Shown: positions 45,915 to 55,541 of the stretch, one piece after another
How the letters are laid out: every line of letters begins with the position of its first letter
Numbering within the stretch: the stretch's first letter is position 1
Source of the DNA: an uncultured bacterium
GTDB taxonomy: Bacteria; Verrucomicrobiota; Kiritimatiellia; RFP12; UBA1067
Assembly (NCBI GenBank): GCA_902761275.1
Contig: CACWJS010000001.1
Coordinates: 11,477-75,476, forward strand
Direction: 5' to 3'
DNA length: 64,000 nucleotides
The notes under the pieces: generated by a model
What the model saw: the letters and a program-made list of their open reading frames with translations, nothing else
What the model was told of the DNA's origin: nothing
The model's database searches: none
Made by a program: the position numbers and the translations under genes

Positions 45915-48653
45915 TCACCGTATCCTTCCCTCCACCACACCCGGCGAACAGAAGTTGTAGTTGAAGTCGAAGCTTGATGAAAAAACAGCGTGATTGTCGG
46001 TTGGCACGTGGTTCGGCCATAGCCGCCTAACCTTGACGTCCGCATAATCCCACATGTTGGTGGAAAGCGTGGTTGCCGCCGTCACCACTCCAGTGCCGGA
46101 AGCGACAGCCGTCCCTGCGTCCCAACTCATAGACGCCGTTTCGTCGTTGAAGGTGCCAATACCCTGTGCGAGCCACTGCGACACACCCCAAACGCCAAGG
46201 AACTCCGTTCCGTATCCAGCGAGAAAATTGCCAAGCTTCGCCATCCGCATGGGCACTCCGTAGAAAGACGCAACAGCCCCCATCCCTCTGATATCATCAA
46301 CCTGATTGTAGAACCACACGGTCGGACGCGAGACGTTGTCGACTCGTCCGAGATAATCGACAGCACCACCGTTCTTAAACCATCTCTTCCCAAAGCTTGG
46401 CGTCTGCCTTTCAAATCTGCCCGTTCGCGCGTTGAGATTCGACATCGCGGCGGCGTAAAGGGCAAAATCGGCCTCGAACACTCCGCTGACCTCCGCGCCC
46501 GAGAGCGGCAGCACGACGGTCGCGTAGGTATTTGACGAACCGGCGGCCTCGGCCTTGAAGCGGTAGACGCCACCCAGCTTCGGGTTTACGAACCGCGCCG
46601 ACAGACTACCCGAGCCCACTAGCGCACCGCTCATTTGCGGCGTTGCCTCCACTATGCTCCACGACGCTGACAGGCCACTCGTTGAGACACCCGCCGGCTC
46701 AAGCTCGAGAGCCATGTCAATATGGAAGTCCGCGATGCTGAATCCGTTTGTGCCAAGTGTCGCCACATTCTCAAACGGAACCACGAGATGCTTGTCGGGC
46801 GACGGGCTGTTTGTCACCGCGAATGGATAGTCCACTCCAGTCAGGAACGGCGGGGGATTCGTGCTCACGCCGGCGACAGCCGAGCTGACGTTCATCTGCT
46901 TGACACGCGCAACCGTCATGGATCGCATGACGGTACGTGCATCATCGCCCTGCAATGCAAGTTCGCATTCAAACACCACATCGCCGACACTCTCGCTTAG
47001 CTCCTCGCCCTCGACAAAGATTGTCGTGCCGCTCTGAATCGCCGCGCTCCATGCCATCGGCAGCGTCACTGAATGCGTCTTGTTGGTGTCCGCCCAAAGC
47101 GCGACCTTCCCAGATCCCGCCGTGCAACGCAGCGTCACGGTGCCTGATGGCTCTCCGCAGGGGCTATAGCCAACCGACAGGACGCCCATGTCGCCGTGAA
47201 GCATAACCACTGGCGAGACAGACATCCCAAGCCACGCCTCGGGATGCTCCTTGTTATATTCCTGGCATTCACAGCCCTGCTCCCACAGGAAACTCTGCGT
47301 GTATCCCTCCCATGTCGCCGCCGCGTCAAGACCGACATGCGAGAACCCGCCACACGAGCAATTCGGGTCGCACGTCCAGGTCAGCGACACGCCGTCAAAC
47401 ACCGCCTGGCAGCATCCGCCGGTGAAGCACGAAATTGACGCACCTACGTATGGCAAAGTATAAAGGACAAGGTTTGGCGCAGTTCCTGTGAAGCCAAGCT
47501 CAACCTGCCTCTGCACATAGAAATCTGAGCCCTGCGCGGCACCGCCCCTCCTAAGAGGCATCGACGTCGTTATCTCCGCAGCTGCGTCGCTCGTCGCCAC
47601 GTCAGACAGCGGACCATTTGCCGCCACGTGGTAGCGTGGCCCCATCAGAAGCGGGACCCGACATACCTGATTTGAGTTCGCGATCACCACCATGTCCCCG
47701 AGATTGCTCTCGCCCTCGCAGTCTATCGTAACGCGCGTGGCGTCGGATAGCGCCGAAAACTCAAGCCAATAGTACGCGGCCGCGCACACATTTGTGTGCC
47801 ATGCCACGACGGGCTCGCCGTTGATGCCGGCACTTGCCGACAGCACCGCGCCGCAGTTTGCGTTCAGCCAATCCGCCCCAGTCCCGAAACAGTCGCCGCC
47901 ATATACGGTCGGCTCAGGGTCTATGGTGTTGTCAAGACCATCGCCATCCCAGTCGTTAGGGTCGATCCTCCTGTAGACATTCGCGGCATCGTTCAACCAC
48001 GTCTCAAAGTCGCCGCCACGACGAAGCACAATCTGCAGGTTCACGCTGTCGTTGGTGTCGGCATTTGGAAAGACGTTCTCCCATCCGACAATCCGCTCGT
48101 CGCCATCTCCTGGAGCCCACCAGATGCGGCTCTCCCCCTGTACTGCGACGACGTTGCTCGCACCAGACGATATCTCGCCCGAAGGGTTGCGCGGGCTCAT
48201 CCTGATTCGGCCGTCGTGGAACCACCAGATCGACGAATACGAAGTGTCGTTCGACCCGAACGGAAACGACCATTCCCCGAAGTCGAGCCGATTGCGGCCA
48301 AAGCCCGACGCCGCTCCGCGCATATGCGCGTTGCCGAGATAGACGGCATTGGTCGGCATAGCGAAGGAATGCCCCGCGTCATTGGTCACATACCCAAGCC
48401 GGTAGCCACGCGCGATCTCCTCCTGCGTCACCATCGCGGGAAGCCCCACAAGCTGACGCATCAGTGCCCTCGTCGTAGAGTTCGTCTTGTCCGCCTCGAC
48501 CGCCGCGATGATGGCAAACGACAAGAAAAGGACCAGCAATTCCCTCGGCAGACTCTTTAGCCGTTCAAATCCACAGACCAGTGGCTTCAGCAAAAGCATG
48601 CCGCAGAAAACCACTGCGGCGCATATCCCGACAACATTCCAGTCGATGCGCAT
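45915..48653 (-). CDS. Giant secreted Cys-rich protein, paralog A (TSP3-like DxDxDG Ca-binding motif)
   Basis: 912 aa; N-terminal hydrophobic anchor; DPNDWDGDGLDNTIDPEP; Cys module CFTGGCCQAV...CDPNCSCGG; shares sequence along most of its length with 50258-52930. Confidence 0.6.
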   Translation of the reverse strand: MRIDWNVVGICAAVVFCGMLLLKPLVCGFERLKSLPRELLVLFLSFAIIAAVEADKTNSTTRALMRQLVGLPAMVTQEEIARGYRLGYVTNDAGHSFAMPTNAVYLGNAHMRGAASGFGRNRLDFGEWSFPFGSNDTSYSSIWWFHDGRIRMSPRNPSGEISSGASNVVAVQGESRIWWAPGDGDERIVGWENVFPNADTNDSVNLQIVLRRGGDFETWLNDAANVYRRIDPNDWDGDGLDNTIDPEPTVYGGDCFGTGADWLNANCGAVLSASAGINGEPVVAWHTNVCAAAYYWLEFSALSDATRVTIDCEGESNLGDMVVIANSNQVCRVPLLMGPRYHVAANGPLSDVATSDAAAEITTSMPLRRGGAAQGSDFYVQRQVELGFTGTAPNLVLYTLPYVGASISCFTGGCCQAVFDGVSLTWTCDPNCSCGGFSHVGLDAAATWEGYTQSFLWEQGCECQEYNKEHPEAWLGMSVSPVVMLHGDMGVLSVGYSPCGEPSGTVTLRCTAGSGKVALWADTNKTHSVTLPMAWSAAIQSGTTIFVEGEELSESVGDVVFECELALQGDDARTVMRSMTVARVKQMNVSSAVAGVSTNPPPFLTGVDYPFAVTNSPSPDKHLVVPFENVATLGTNGFSIADFHIDMALELEPAGVSTSGLSASWSIVEATPQMSGALVGSGSLSARFVNPKLGGVYRFKAEAAGSSNTYATVVLPLSGAEVSGVFEADFALYAAAMSNLNARTGRFERQTPSFGKRWFKNGGAVDYLGRVDNVSRPTVWFYNQVDDIRGMGAVASFYGVPMRMAKLGNFLAGYGTEFLGVWGVSQWLAQGIGTFNDETASMSWDAGTAVASGTGVVTAATTLSTNMWDYADVKVRRLWPNHVPTDNHAVFSSSFDFNYNFCSPGVVEGRIR

Positions 48654-48666
48654 GTTGCCCTCCGCA

Positions 48667-49161
48667 CTATCTGATGGTTATGTCAAACCGCTTGTTTAGA
48701 ACCGTCTCTACAATCGTCTCTCCGACTGTCCCCGCGCCTCGCTTCACGACTTTGGCCATGTTCCATGCTGGGTCGAAGCTGCGCCAACCGACGACAACCG
48801 TTTCGCCGACAGTGTCGTCCACTGTGCCGGAAACGTAGTCCACAAGATACCGCTCCCCGCAATCGCAGCCGAAAACGAATGCCGTCTCTTCAAACGAAAG
48901 ATCGCCGTTCCCGTCGGCATCGCAGCCAATTGCGACAAGCACCTCGTTTGAGACACAGTTCCCCGCGTCCAGAGTCAGACCGAATTCCCGCACTCTCTCG
49001 GCCTTGACGTGCAGCGGGAGATTTGTCGACACCTCTGTATTCGGCATAACGCCGTCAGGAAGCTGCGGCAGCGGATATTCCGCAGCCGCGCAGACCGTCG
49101 GCGCAAGGTGCGCGGCGACGGCAAAAAGCGTCGTCAAAAGAATCTTCTTCATCCCCTGCAC
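48667..49161 (-). CDS. Small secreted Cys-containing protein (hypothetical), driven by repeat-borne promoter
   Basis: Signal peptide MKKILLTTLFAVAAHLAPTVCAAAEY; 164 aa. Confidence 0.55.
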   Translation of the reverse strand: MQGMKKILLTTLFAVAAHLAPTVCAAAEYPLPQLPDGVMPNTEVSTNLPLHVKAERVREFGLTLDAGNCVSNEVLVAIGCDADGNGDLSFEETAFVFGCDCGERYLVDYVSGTVDDTVGETVVVGWRSFDPAWNMAKVVKRGAGTVGETIVETVLNKRFDITIR

Positions 49162-49287
49162 ACTCCTTTCTCCTGAGAAGGCGCCGACAGTATACCATCA
49201 AAGAGGGGATGTCAACTTATCGTAAACTTTTCGTTTGCGGGAAAAACGACGCAGGAGTTATCGTCTGCGATAACTTCATGGCACACG
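49120..49287 (-). promoter_or_regulatory. Promoter/5'-UTR/signal-peptide-start cassette, direct-repeat copy 1
   Basis: Minus strand: TTGACA ...(15) TATACT, ~36-nt leader with AAGGAG, ATG; ~85% identical to 55379-55541. Confidence 0.65.
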
Positions 49288-49431
49288 GCGAGGCAAGGCG
49301 CCTCTTAAATTAGGAGATATGCGGAGCGCGGCAAATCCACCGCGCAAGTCTGAAGCAACTTGCAAGCTGGTTCTTTCATAATGGTTTGACGGCGGCTGTC
49401 CCTCCCACCTCATTGCACCCTGTCCCAATCA

Positions 49432-50256
49432 TCATTTGAATTCATCCAGCCACTTGGGGATGTAGCCGGTGGTGTTTTCAAGATACTGAGCAAGAGTCCG
49501 CACGCCGCGAATGACGTTCTCCCGCGTTGAATAGCCGCGTTCGTAAAGGAGCATCTGCCCCTTCAAGTCTGCATTCATGTACCGCCGCGTCAACCCATTC
49601 TCGGACTCAATCTGATTAATTATCATTTCCTCGAGCTCCTTGGCGACCAATGCGAAATCCTCGCGTCCCTCGTCTGTAAACTTCCGGATGCATTTCCTTA
49701 TCATGGCCAACGCATCTGCCTCAAAATATGCCCCTTGCCTCGGAACCAATACTGCGGAGCGCTCAATATCGCCCAAGAGATTCATTCCCTCAATGCAATC
49801 GATAACGCATGCCTTAAACTCTTCCGGTGTTGCATACGAGCGCGACAAAATCCCGCCCTTAAACTCGCGGCTAATGGCGCCAGCGCAAGGTCTTACTATG
49901 TCGTAATAGTGTCCGGCGGATATACCCTTCATCCTCTCCGAAACGGTCGCGACGCAATCCTTCATGCCCCGAACATTCCCATTCAGAAGGTTTGTCGCGG
50001 CAGCCGTCCATACTGATTCCAATTGCGCACGTTCTGCATCGCTCACCCATTCAGGATGATAACGCAAGAGATCGCCGGGTGGGCAATCTTCGTCGATGCT
50101 GTTGTTTATCCATTCTTTCAACGGCGCTGCCGCATCTGGTGTCGATGTCTCATTAGAAGCCGACTTAACATGCTTCGGCATGAGAATACGACGAACGATG
50201 AATATGCCGCATGCAGCAACGATCAGCAATGTCAGTGTCAATAATGTCTTTTTCAT
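49432..50256 (-). CDS. Membrane-anchored/lipoprotein-like hypothetical protein
   Basis: MKKTLLTLTLLIVAACGIFIV N-terminal anchor; 274 aa; immediately downstream of paralog B. Confidence 0.5.
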   Translation of the reverse strand: MKKTLLTLTLLIVAACGIFIVRRILMPKHVKSASNETSTPDAAAPLKEWINNSIDEDCPPGDLLRYHPEWVSDAERAQLESVWTAAATNLLNGNVRGMKDCVATVSERMKGISAGHYYDIVRPCAGAISREFKGGILSRSYATPEEFKACVIDCIEGMNLLGDIERSAVLVPRQGAYFEADALAMIRKCIRKFTDEGREDFALVAKELEEMIINQIESENGLTRRYMNADLKGQMLLYERGYSTRENVIRGVRTLAQYLENTTGYIPKWLDEFK

Positions 50257-50257
50257 G

Positions 50258-52930
50258 TCAATGCACCCATTGAATGGTTTTGCCGTCTACTATAATCCGG
50301 CAGAATCGACCGCGCGACATGGTATGCCCGTGTTTCTCGATCGATGCCGTTCCATCGTCGGAAATGGAAAAAATTTGCTGATATGCGTCTTGTTTCCCGC
50401 CTATCAACAAGATTCGTGATAAATTGTCATTGTCAGCATTGATCTCATGCTCTGCCTCACGAACCCCGTGCCTGTCGTCGCCGTCAAACCGCATTCTGAC
50501 CCACCCTATGGGGATGTCCCAAACGAGACGTCCAGCGGACCAATTCTCATATTCCAAGGGATGTCCGGCTCTATCAACTGTCCAATAGTTATTTGTCGCT
50601 ATTCGAGTCGCCATGCCCCAACCGTAGTCAAATATACGCCAGTGCGTCCATTGCCCAGTGTAGTTTGTCGTTGCAAAATAACCAGATGGCATATTGGTGT
50701 GAGTGCATGGGATCTCGGACACCATGATTCCGTGGAACGACACGTTCATCGGGCCGACATAGTTCGTAATCGCAAGCAAAGTTCCCCCGACTGATCCCGG
50801 AGAACGACAAGGCGCATAGTATGAATCCCAGAAAGCATTTGGGCTTATTATTTCCTTCGGCTCGACAATTGTCATCTCAGGCCTATACTCAGCCTCGCGG
50901 CACACGACTTTCAGATTTGGCGTCACCGAGTAGATTGGGCACGCATATATTTTCCCCGCAGAATCTATGATATTGTCATAATGATACAGCTCGTTTGTAT
51001 CAATGCGCGTCAGCTGAACACTTGTCGCCACACTTTCGGGGAAACTGCGAAACTGAACCCGTTCCCCTACGCCATAGACATGGCGGTTGGTGCATGGGTT
51101 TTCGGGTGCTTCCCAGACCGCGGCGAGTTCCACGCGAACAGACGTGGCATGGCAGTCGTTTGTAATCGACTCTCCAGTGACATTGTCGGTCAGCGTAGCG
51201 ATAACCTCGATGTCGTCAGCCGTATCGCTCGCCGACAGCCCCACGTAGTTCATTGCATACGTTATCGACTGCCTTGCCGGAACAGACACCGACTGCGAGG
51301 GGAAGGCAGGACCCGAGTTCTTCTGTAACTTGCCAAGGTTCGTCGCGGACACGGACAGCACGGCGCCATTAGTTCCGCCGTTGGCACTGATAGTCAGCAT
51401 CGTCGCCGTCGAGCGCCGCGAAACCCACTCGCCAGGCGAGTTTTCGTATCCATCCTCGAATATGACCGCATCCTTGCTGAAATTGGCAGAGACAGATGCC
51501 GCATACGGAGCGGCCGATGGTGTCGGCGTTGGGTCTGGCGCATCTTCCCAGCATCCACACGAGGCATAACCAATGAACAACTTGGAATACCCTTCCCACA
51601 GCGCAGTCGTTTCAAAACTATGATACACTCCTCCGCAAGTACACGTCAAGGAACACGACCACTGCAATATACCGTCAACAACCTCCCGCGAGCAACACCC
51701 TCCGAGACAGGCGATAATCGAGGGGCGTACATTAATCGGCGAAGATGCCGCGCCATAGTTGCCTGTAGACCCTGCGCTTCTCGTCTGTATTCGCACCAGG
51801 GAAAGTTCCAAAGGCAAAGAAACGGTCAGGCGATTCTCGGCGTTCGTCACGATCTCCGCGTATTCGCTCGACACGGCAGAGTAGTCAATCGGCAAGTCGC
51901 TTTCGACTGTGTATGTCGCGCCAGCGAGAAGCGGGACGTGGCAGACTTGGTTTGTCCGCGCAATGATCACATGGTCGCCAAGGTCGCTCGCTCCATCGCA
52001 AGTGACGCGGATCGTCGCAACTCCGAGAACCCCTGTCACCGAAAGATCAAGCAAGTAGTAGGCATCGGGGTTCGCGTTTGGCGGCAAGGCATTTGCCACG
52101 CCAAAGAAATCTCCGTCGCAGCTTGTAGGATTCGCATCTCGCTCGTTATGGATTCCGTCATCATCCCAATCGTCGGGGTTGACGCGGCGGCAGACTGTCT
52201 CGACCTCGTTCGAACGCGTTACGAAGTCGCCGTTGGGAGAAAGGACGATCTGCGCATTTACGGGGCTGTTCGTGTCGCCGTCGAGGAAGAAGTTTTCCCA
52301 TGTTAGAACGCGGCTGCCATCATCGCCATCAAGCTGCCAGAACTGGCTTTGGCCTGGAACAGCAAACATCGGGACGCCGACAGCGCAGATTTCGTGCGCA
52401 GCATCTCGCGGAGTTGGGCGAATGCGACCATCGATGAAATACCAAAACGATGAAAACGCCTCGTCGTTCGTGCCGAGCGGGAATGCCCAATCGCCAAAAT
52501 CAATCCTGTTGTTTCCAAACGACGATGTCGCGCCGTGGATGTGCCAGTTCCCGACAAGCGCTGCGTTCGTCGGCATCGCATACGAAACCGCCGCGTTAGT
52601 CGTGACGCTCTCCACTCGCCAACCGCGAGAAATGTCATCAATAGTCGCCTGGACAGGATTCACAAGGTTTATAAGATTACCAATCCCTAACAATCCTGTC
52701 AATCCTGTCTGAAAAGAAGGCCCCTGCATCATCTGCGGCTGATTCATATTCGGCGGCACATTGTTCGTCTTCTGCGCATCGAGCGACGTGCCGACGGCGA
52801 GAAGCGAAAGCGCGAGGAGTAGCGAAGCCGACAGTCTGCGAAGTGCACGAACATTGATACGAACAAGGAACGCGAATATGCAGACGCACTCGGCAACGAC
52901 AAAGCAACTCCCAAGGAAATGCCAGTTCAT
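50258..52930 (-). CDS. Giant secreted Cys-rich protein, paralog B
   Basis: 890 aa; NPDDWDDDGIHNERDANP; Cys module CLGGCCSREV...CSLTCTCGG; collinear with paralog A. Confidence 0.6.
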   Translation of the reverse strand: MNWHFLGSCFVVAECVCIFAFLVRINVRALRRLSASLLLALSLLAVGTSLDAQKTNNVPPNMNQPQMMQGPSFQTGLTGLLGIGNLINLVNPVQATIDDISRGWRVESVTTNAAVSYAMPTNAALVGNWHIHGATSSFGNNRIDFGDWAFPLGTNDEAFSSFWYFIDGRIRPTPRDAAHEICAVGVPMFAVPGQSQFWQLDGDDGSRVLTWENFFLDGDTNSPVNAQIVLSPNGDFVTRSNEVETVCRRVNPDDWDDDGIHNERDANPTSCDGDFFGVANALPPNANPDAYYLLDLSVTGVLGVATIRVTCDGASDLGDHVIIARTNQVCHVPLLAGATYTVESDLPIDYSAVSSEYAEIVTNAENRLTVSLPLELSLVRIQTRSAGSTGNYGAASSPINVRPSIIACLGGCCSREVVDGILQWSCSLTCTCGGVYHSFETTALWEGYSKLFIGYASCGCWEDAPDPTPTPSAAPYAASVSANFSKDAVIFEDGYENSPGEWVSRRSTATMLTISANGGTNGAVLSVSATNLGKLQKNSGPAFPSQSVSVPARQSITYAMNYVGLSASDTADDIEVIATLTDNVTGESITNDCHATSVRVELAAVWEAPENPCTNRHVYGVGERVQFRSFPESVATSVQLTRIDTNELYHYDNIIDSAGKIYACPIYSVTPNLKVVCREAEYRPEMTIVEPKEIISPNAFWDSYYAPCRSPGSVGGTLLAITNYVGPMNVSFHGIMVSEIPCTHTNMPSGYFATTNYTGQWTHWRIFDYGWGMATRIATNNYWTVDRAGHPLEYENWSAGRLVWDIPIGWVRMRFDGDDRHGVREAEHEINADNDNLSRILLIGGKQDAYQQIFSISDDGTASIEKHGHTMSRGRFCRIIVDGKTIQWVH

Positions 52931-53028
52931 CGCCGTGCTACCTTACAAACCCCGCATCCGCTGACACAACAAATGAGACAGACATCGAACACAAAACATT
53001 AATCCGACCCAAAAGAGCCGCCTTTCTC

Positions 53029-55257
53029 TCATAAAGCAACATGCCACCCACTAATGTCATCATAGAGTTCTTGCAATGATCTTATTGACATGTCCACCAA
53101 CGGTTCGTACATAAATGAATTCAAATGTATTTGCTCAGGCGTCATTAAAGAAACCTTATTCAAAATAGTGCGTTCTGCTTCCGTGCCAAGATTCTGCGAG
53201 CGAAACGACTTAAACAACTTCCCAAATCGACTCCGGCCACTTACACGAGGCTGGCCCCTCTCTATTAGCATTGCTTCCATAAAGGACTCTGCCATTAAGC
53301 GTATAGTCATTGCAAGAACTACCTTGTTCTCAAGTTTGATTTCGTCAAGCTGCCCTTGTCCCAGCTCTTCTGATATTCGCCTAGCCTCGGCGAACAATAT
53401 GTCAACCCACGGCATATCCATATTCGGCCAAAACAGGTCTATATTCGAAATCCGCGGCAATGTTTTGAGATAAACATTTTTGACTTCACTTGCAAGCACT
53501 GACCTTGTAATCCGCAGCATGGGGTCTTCATGCTTGATGTCATGCAAGCATGATGTTAGAAGCAAATAATCTGAGGAACTATCGCCTTGGATATACTCTA
53601 TTAGATTACGGACAAATGGCAGCATAGCCAACAATATTCTATTAGTGGGGTTCGCAATCCAAGTTTGGAGAAGATTTCTTAAGAAGTGCCCTCCCGACAG
53701 TTTTATCTCCCTGGTTAATGGATCCTTTGTAGCCATAAATACATTCTGCGCTCTTTTCAAGCCTAGCCGGGAACATACTGTCCTGTAAAAATCTAGATTG
53801 TGAGTTAATATAATCGTACGAACCATGGAGTTCATACTTAAGTCCTGAATATATTCAATAATGGCATATTTGTTTTTATAGTCAAATGAATCAGCCACAT
53901 CATCAAAGATTAAAAGCAATGGACTCGTTTTGCGCACTTCAATTTCAAACAGAATCTGCAACAAACAAAACGCCCTACGCTCCCCCTTGCTTAACACGTC
54001 GCCCAATAAAGCGTCCGAAGTGCGCTCGACAGGGACTGCATTATTAGAATCATCGCAGTAATAAAACTTCAGCTTGGCATCTTCATGATTAACAAGAACA
54101 TTCTGCTGATTCTCAATCTCAACTTTAAATGGAGCATGAAATCTGTCATTAAATAAATCAATGATGTGTCTCCATATGGCCTGCTCTTGTCCCGCGCGAT
54201 TTAGAATATTCCGGAGCGTAGACTTTCTTTGTCTGTACAAATCAATCAATTGTCGATATGATTCTGCGACCCTTCGCAAATAAGAATACCAAACCTTCTT
54301 GCGAAAAGCATCATAATCCAAAAGATCAACAAGGTACTCGTTGTGTGCGAATATTGCCGCCTTAAAAGCCCTTAATTCCTTATTTTTCCCAATAGCGCCA
54401 TCAATCTTATCAAAGACTCTCCTAACAGCGGGCTCGTTGACCACTCGCGCTAATTCTCCATCGTATTTACTCTTGAACTCTTCGTATGTATTTAGATTAA
54501 CGCCACTATCTAATGTAATTTTATGTCCAACCTTGAAAAAAGAATTATCCTTTAAACTCTTCGAAATTGCATCTGCCTGCTCCGTACCAAATACAACATT
54601 GCCGACGACCTTAAAGAAATCCGACTGAGTCAAAACATTATTGTACTCCCTAAAATACTCCTCTATGCTCTGCCGATGTTTTTGAAGGAACTCACGGACT
54701 TTACCGCCTCTATCAAAAATATCGTTATACTTAAAAGAGTATTCGGGGGGAGCAACGTCGTCAATTCCATCAAATATGCGCTCTAAAATCTCTAAATCTG
54801 TCTCTTGACTATTAACAGCAAATGCCTCTCTCAATTCAACACTACAGTCAGAACTTTGCGAAACAGTTTTTAACTCGCCAAAAAATCGATCTAGCGCAGC
54901 ACTCAATTCTTGATATACAGCATCATATTCACGCTTCAATTCTTCGCTGGCAAGAAATGCGGAAACACTCTTTTCAGCAGAAACAAAATTCTCCGGGTCA
55001 ACAACATATACACTTTCAGGGGCAAGAGCCGCACCATTCCCTTCACGAAAAATTGCCACGCTTTCCCTATCCGGATAAACCAAATCGCCAGGAGCAAGCC
55101 CACGAGCATATGCCTGGAACGTCTTGGTTAATGATGTTTTCATTGTCCCGTTAGGCGCATAGACAACAGAATATGGGCAATCCGACGTAAACTCAAACTC
55201 ATGTTCAAGTTTGCCAATCCCATAACAGTTTTCTATTTGCATTTTTATTTTCGACAT
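53029..55257 (-). CDS. AT-rich island ATPase: split ABC/SMC-type (AAA_15/AAA_21-like) N-domain with degenerate Walker A plus ~260-aa unassigned C-terminal domain (candidate single-gene defence system)
   Basis: N-term KMQIENCYGIGKLEHEFEF...VVYAPNGTMKTSL (Walker A with Gly to Met); Walker B-like LLLIFDDVADSFD; H-loop-like TIILTHNLDF; long helical insert between; low-GC codon usage. Confidence 0.6.
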   Translation of the reverse strand: MSKIKMQIENCYGIGKLEHEFEFTSDCPYSVVYAPNGTMKTSLTKTFQAYARGLAPGDLVYPDRESVAIFREGNGAALAPESVYVVDPENFVSAEKSVSAFLASEELKREYDAVYQELSAALDRFFGELKTVSQSSDCSVELREAFAVNSQETDLEILERIFDGIDDVAPPEYSFKYNDIFDRGGKVREFLQKHRQSIEEYFREYNNVLTQSDFFKVVGNVVFGTEQADAISKSLKDNSFFKVGHKITLDSGVNLNTYEEFKSKYDGELARVVNEPAVRRVFDKIDGAIGKNKELRAFKAAIFAHNEYLVDLLDYDAFRKKVWYSYLRRVAESYRQLIDLYRQRKSTLRNILNRAGQEQAIWRHIIDLFNDRFHAPFKVEIENQQNVLVNHEDAKLKFYYCDDSNNAVPVERTSDALLGDVLSKGERRAFCLLQILFEIEVRKTSPLLLIFDDVADSFDYKNKYAIIEYIQDLSMNSMVRTIILTHNLDFYRTVCSRLGLKRAQNVFMATKDPLTREIKLSGGHFLRNLLQTWIANPTNRILLAMLPFVRNLIEYIQGDSSSDYLLLTSCLHDIKHEDPMLRITRSVLASEVKNVYLKTLPRISNIDLFWPNMDMPWVDILFAEARRISEELGQGQLDEIKLENKVVLAMTIRLMAESFMEAMLIERGQPRVSGRSRFGKLFKSFRSQNLGTEAERTILNKVSLMTPEQIHLNSFMYEPLVDMSIRSLQELYDDISGWHVAL

Positions 55258-55293
55258 TACTTGATTCCTTTCCCTGTTGATAACTTCTTTCCA

Positions 55294-55410
55294 TTATGGA
55301 ACACATTGCCATTGTTGAAGCCCAACGCCTCGCGACAATTCAAGGAGACATTCGCAATTATTATATTTTGTTGTCGTCGGCAAAAGCGTCGTCAAAAGCA
55401 TCTTATTCAT
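55294..55410 (-). pseudogene. Remnant 38-codon ORF carrying the first ~9 codons of the 48667-49161 paralog (MNKMLLTTL...)
   Basis: Sits in direct-repeat copy 2; homology to MKKILLTTLFAVAA stops after ~9 aa; followed by the AT-rich ATPase gene. Confidence 0.35.
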
Positions 55411-55541
55411 CCCCTGCACACTCCTTTCCTGAGAAGTCGCTGACAGTATACCATCAACGAGGGGATGTCAACTTATCGTTAGCTTTTCTGTTACGAGAAA
55501 AACGACTCAGAAGTTATCGAATAAGATAACTCCGTGGCATA
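55379..55541 (-). promoter_or_regulatory. Promoter/5'-UTR cassette, direct-repeat copy 2
   Basis: Same TTGACA/TATACT promoter and leader as copy 1; now upstream of remnant ORF plus ATPase gene. Confidence 0.65.

Noticed and set aside
52683-52712. Copy of the AATCCTGTCAATCCTGTC intergenic repeat inside paralog B's coding sequence
   Set aside because: It falls in frame within the N-terminal region (…GLTGLLGIGNLINLVNPV…) and simply encodes a Gly/Leu-rich segment. The similarity to the intergenic element is probably coincidental or a small insertion, not a separate feature.
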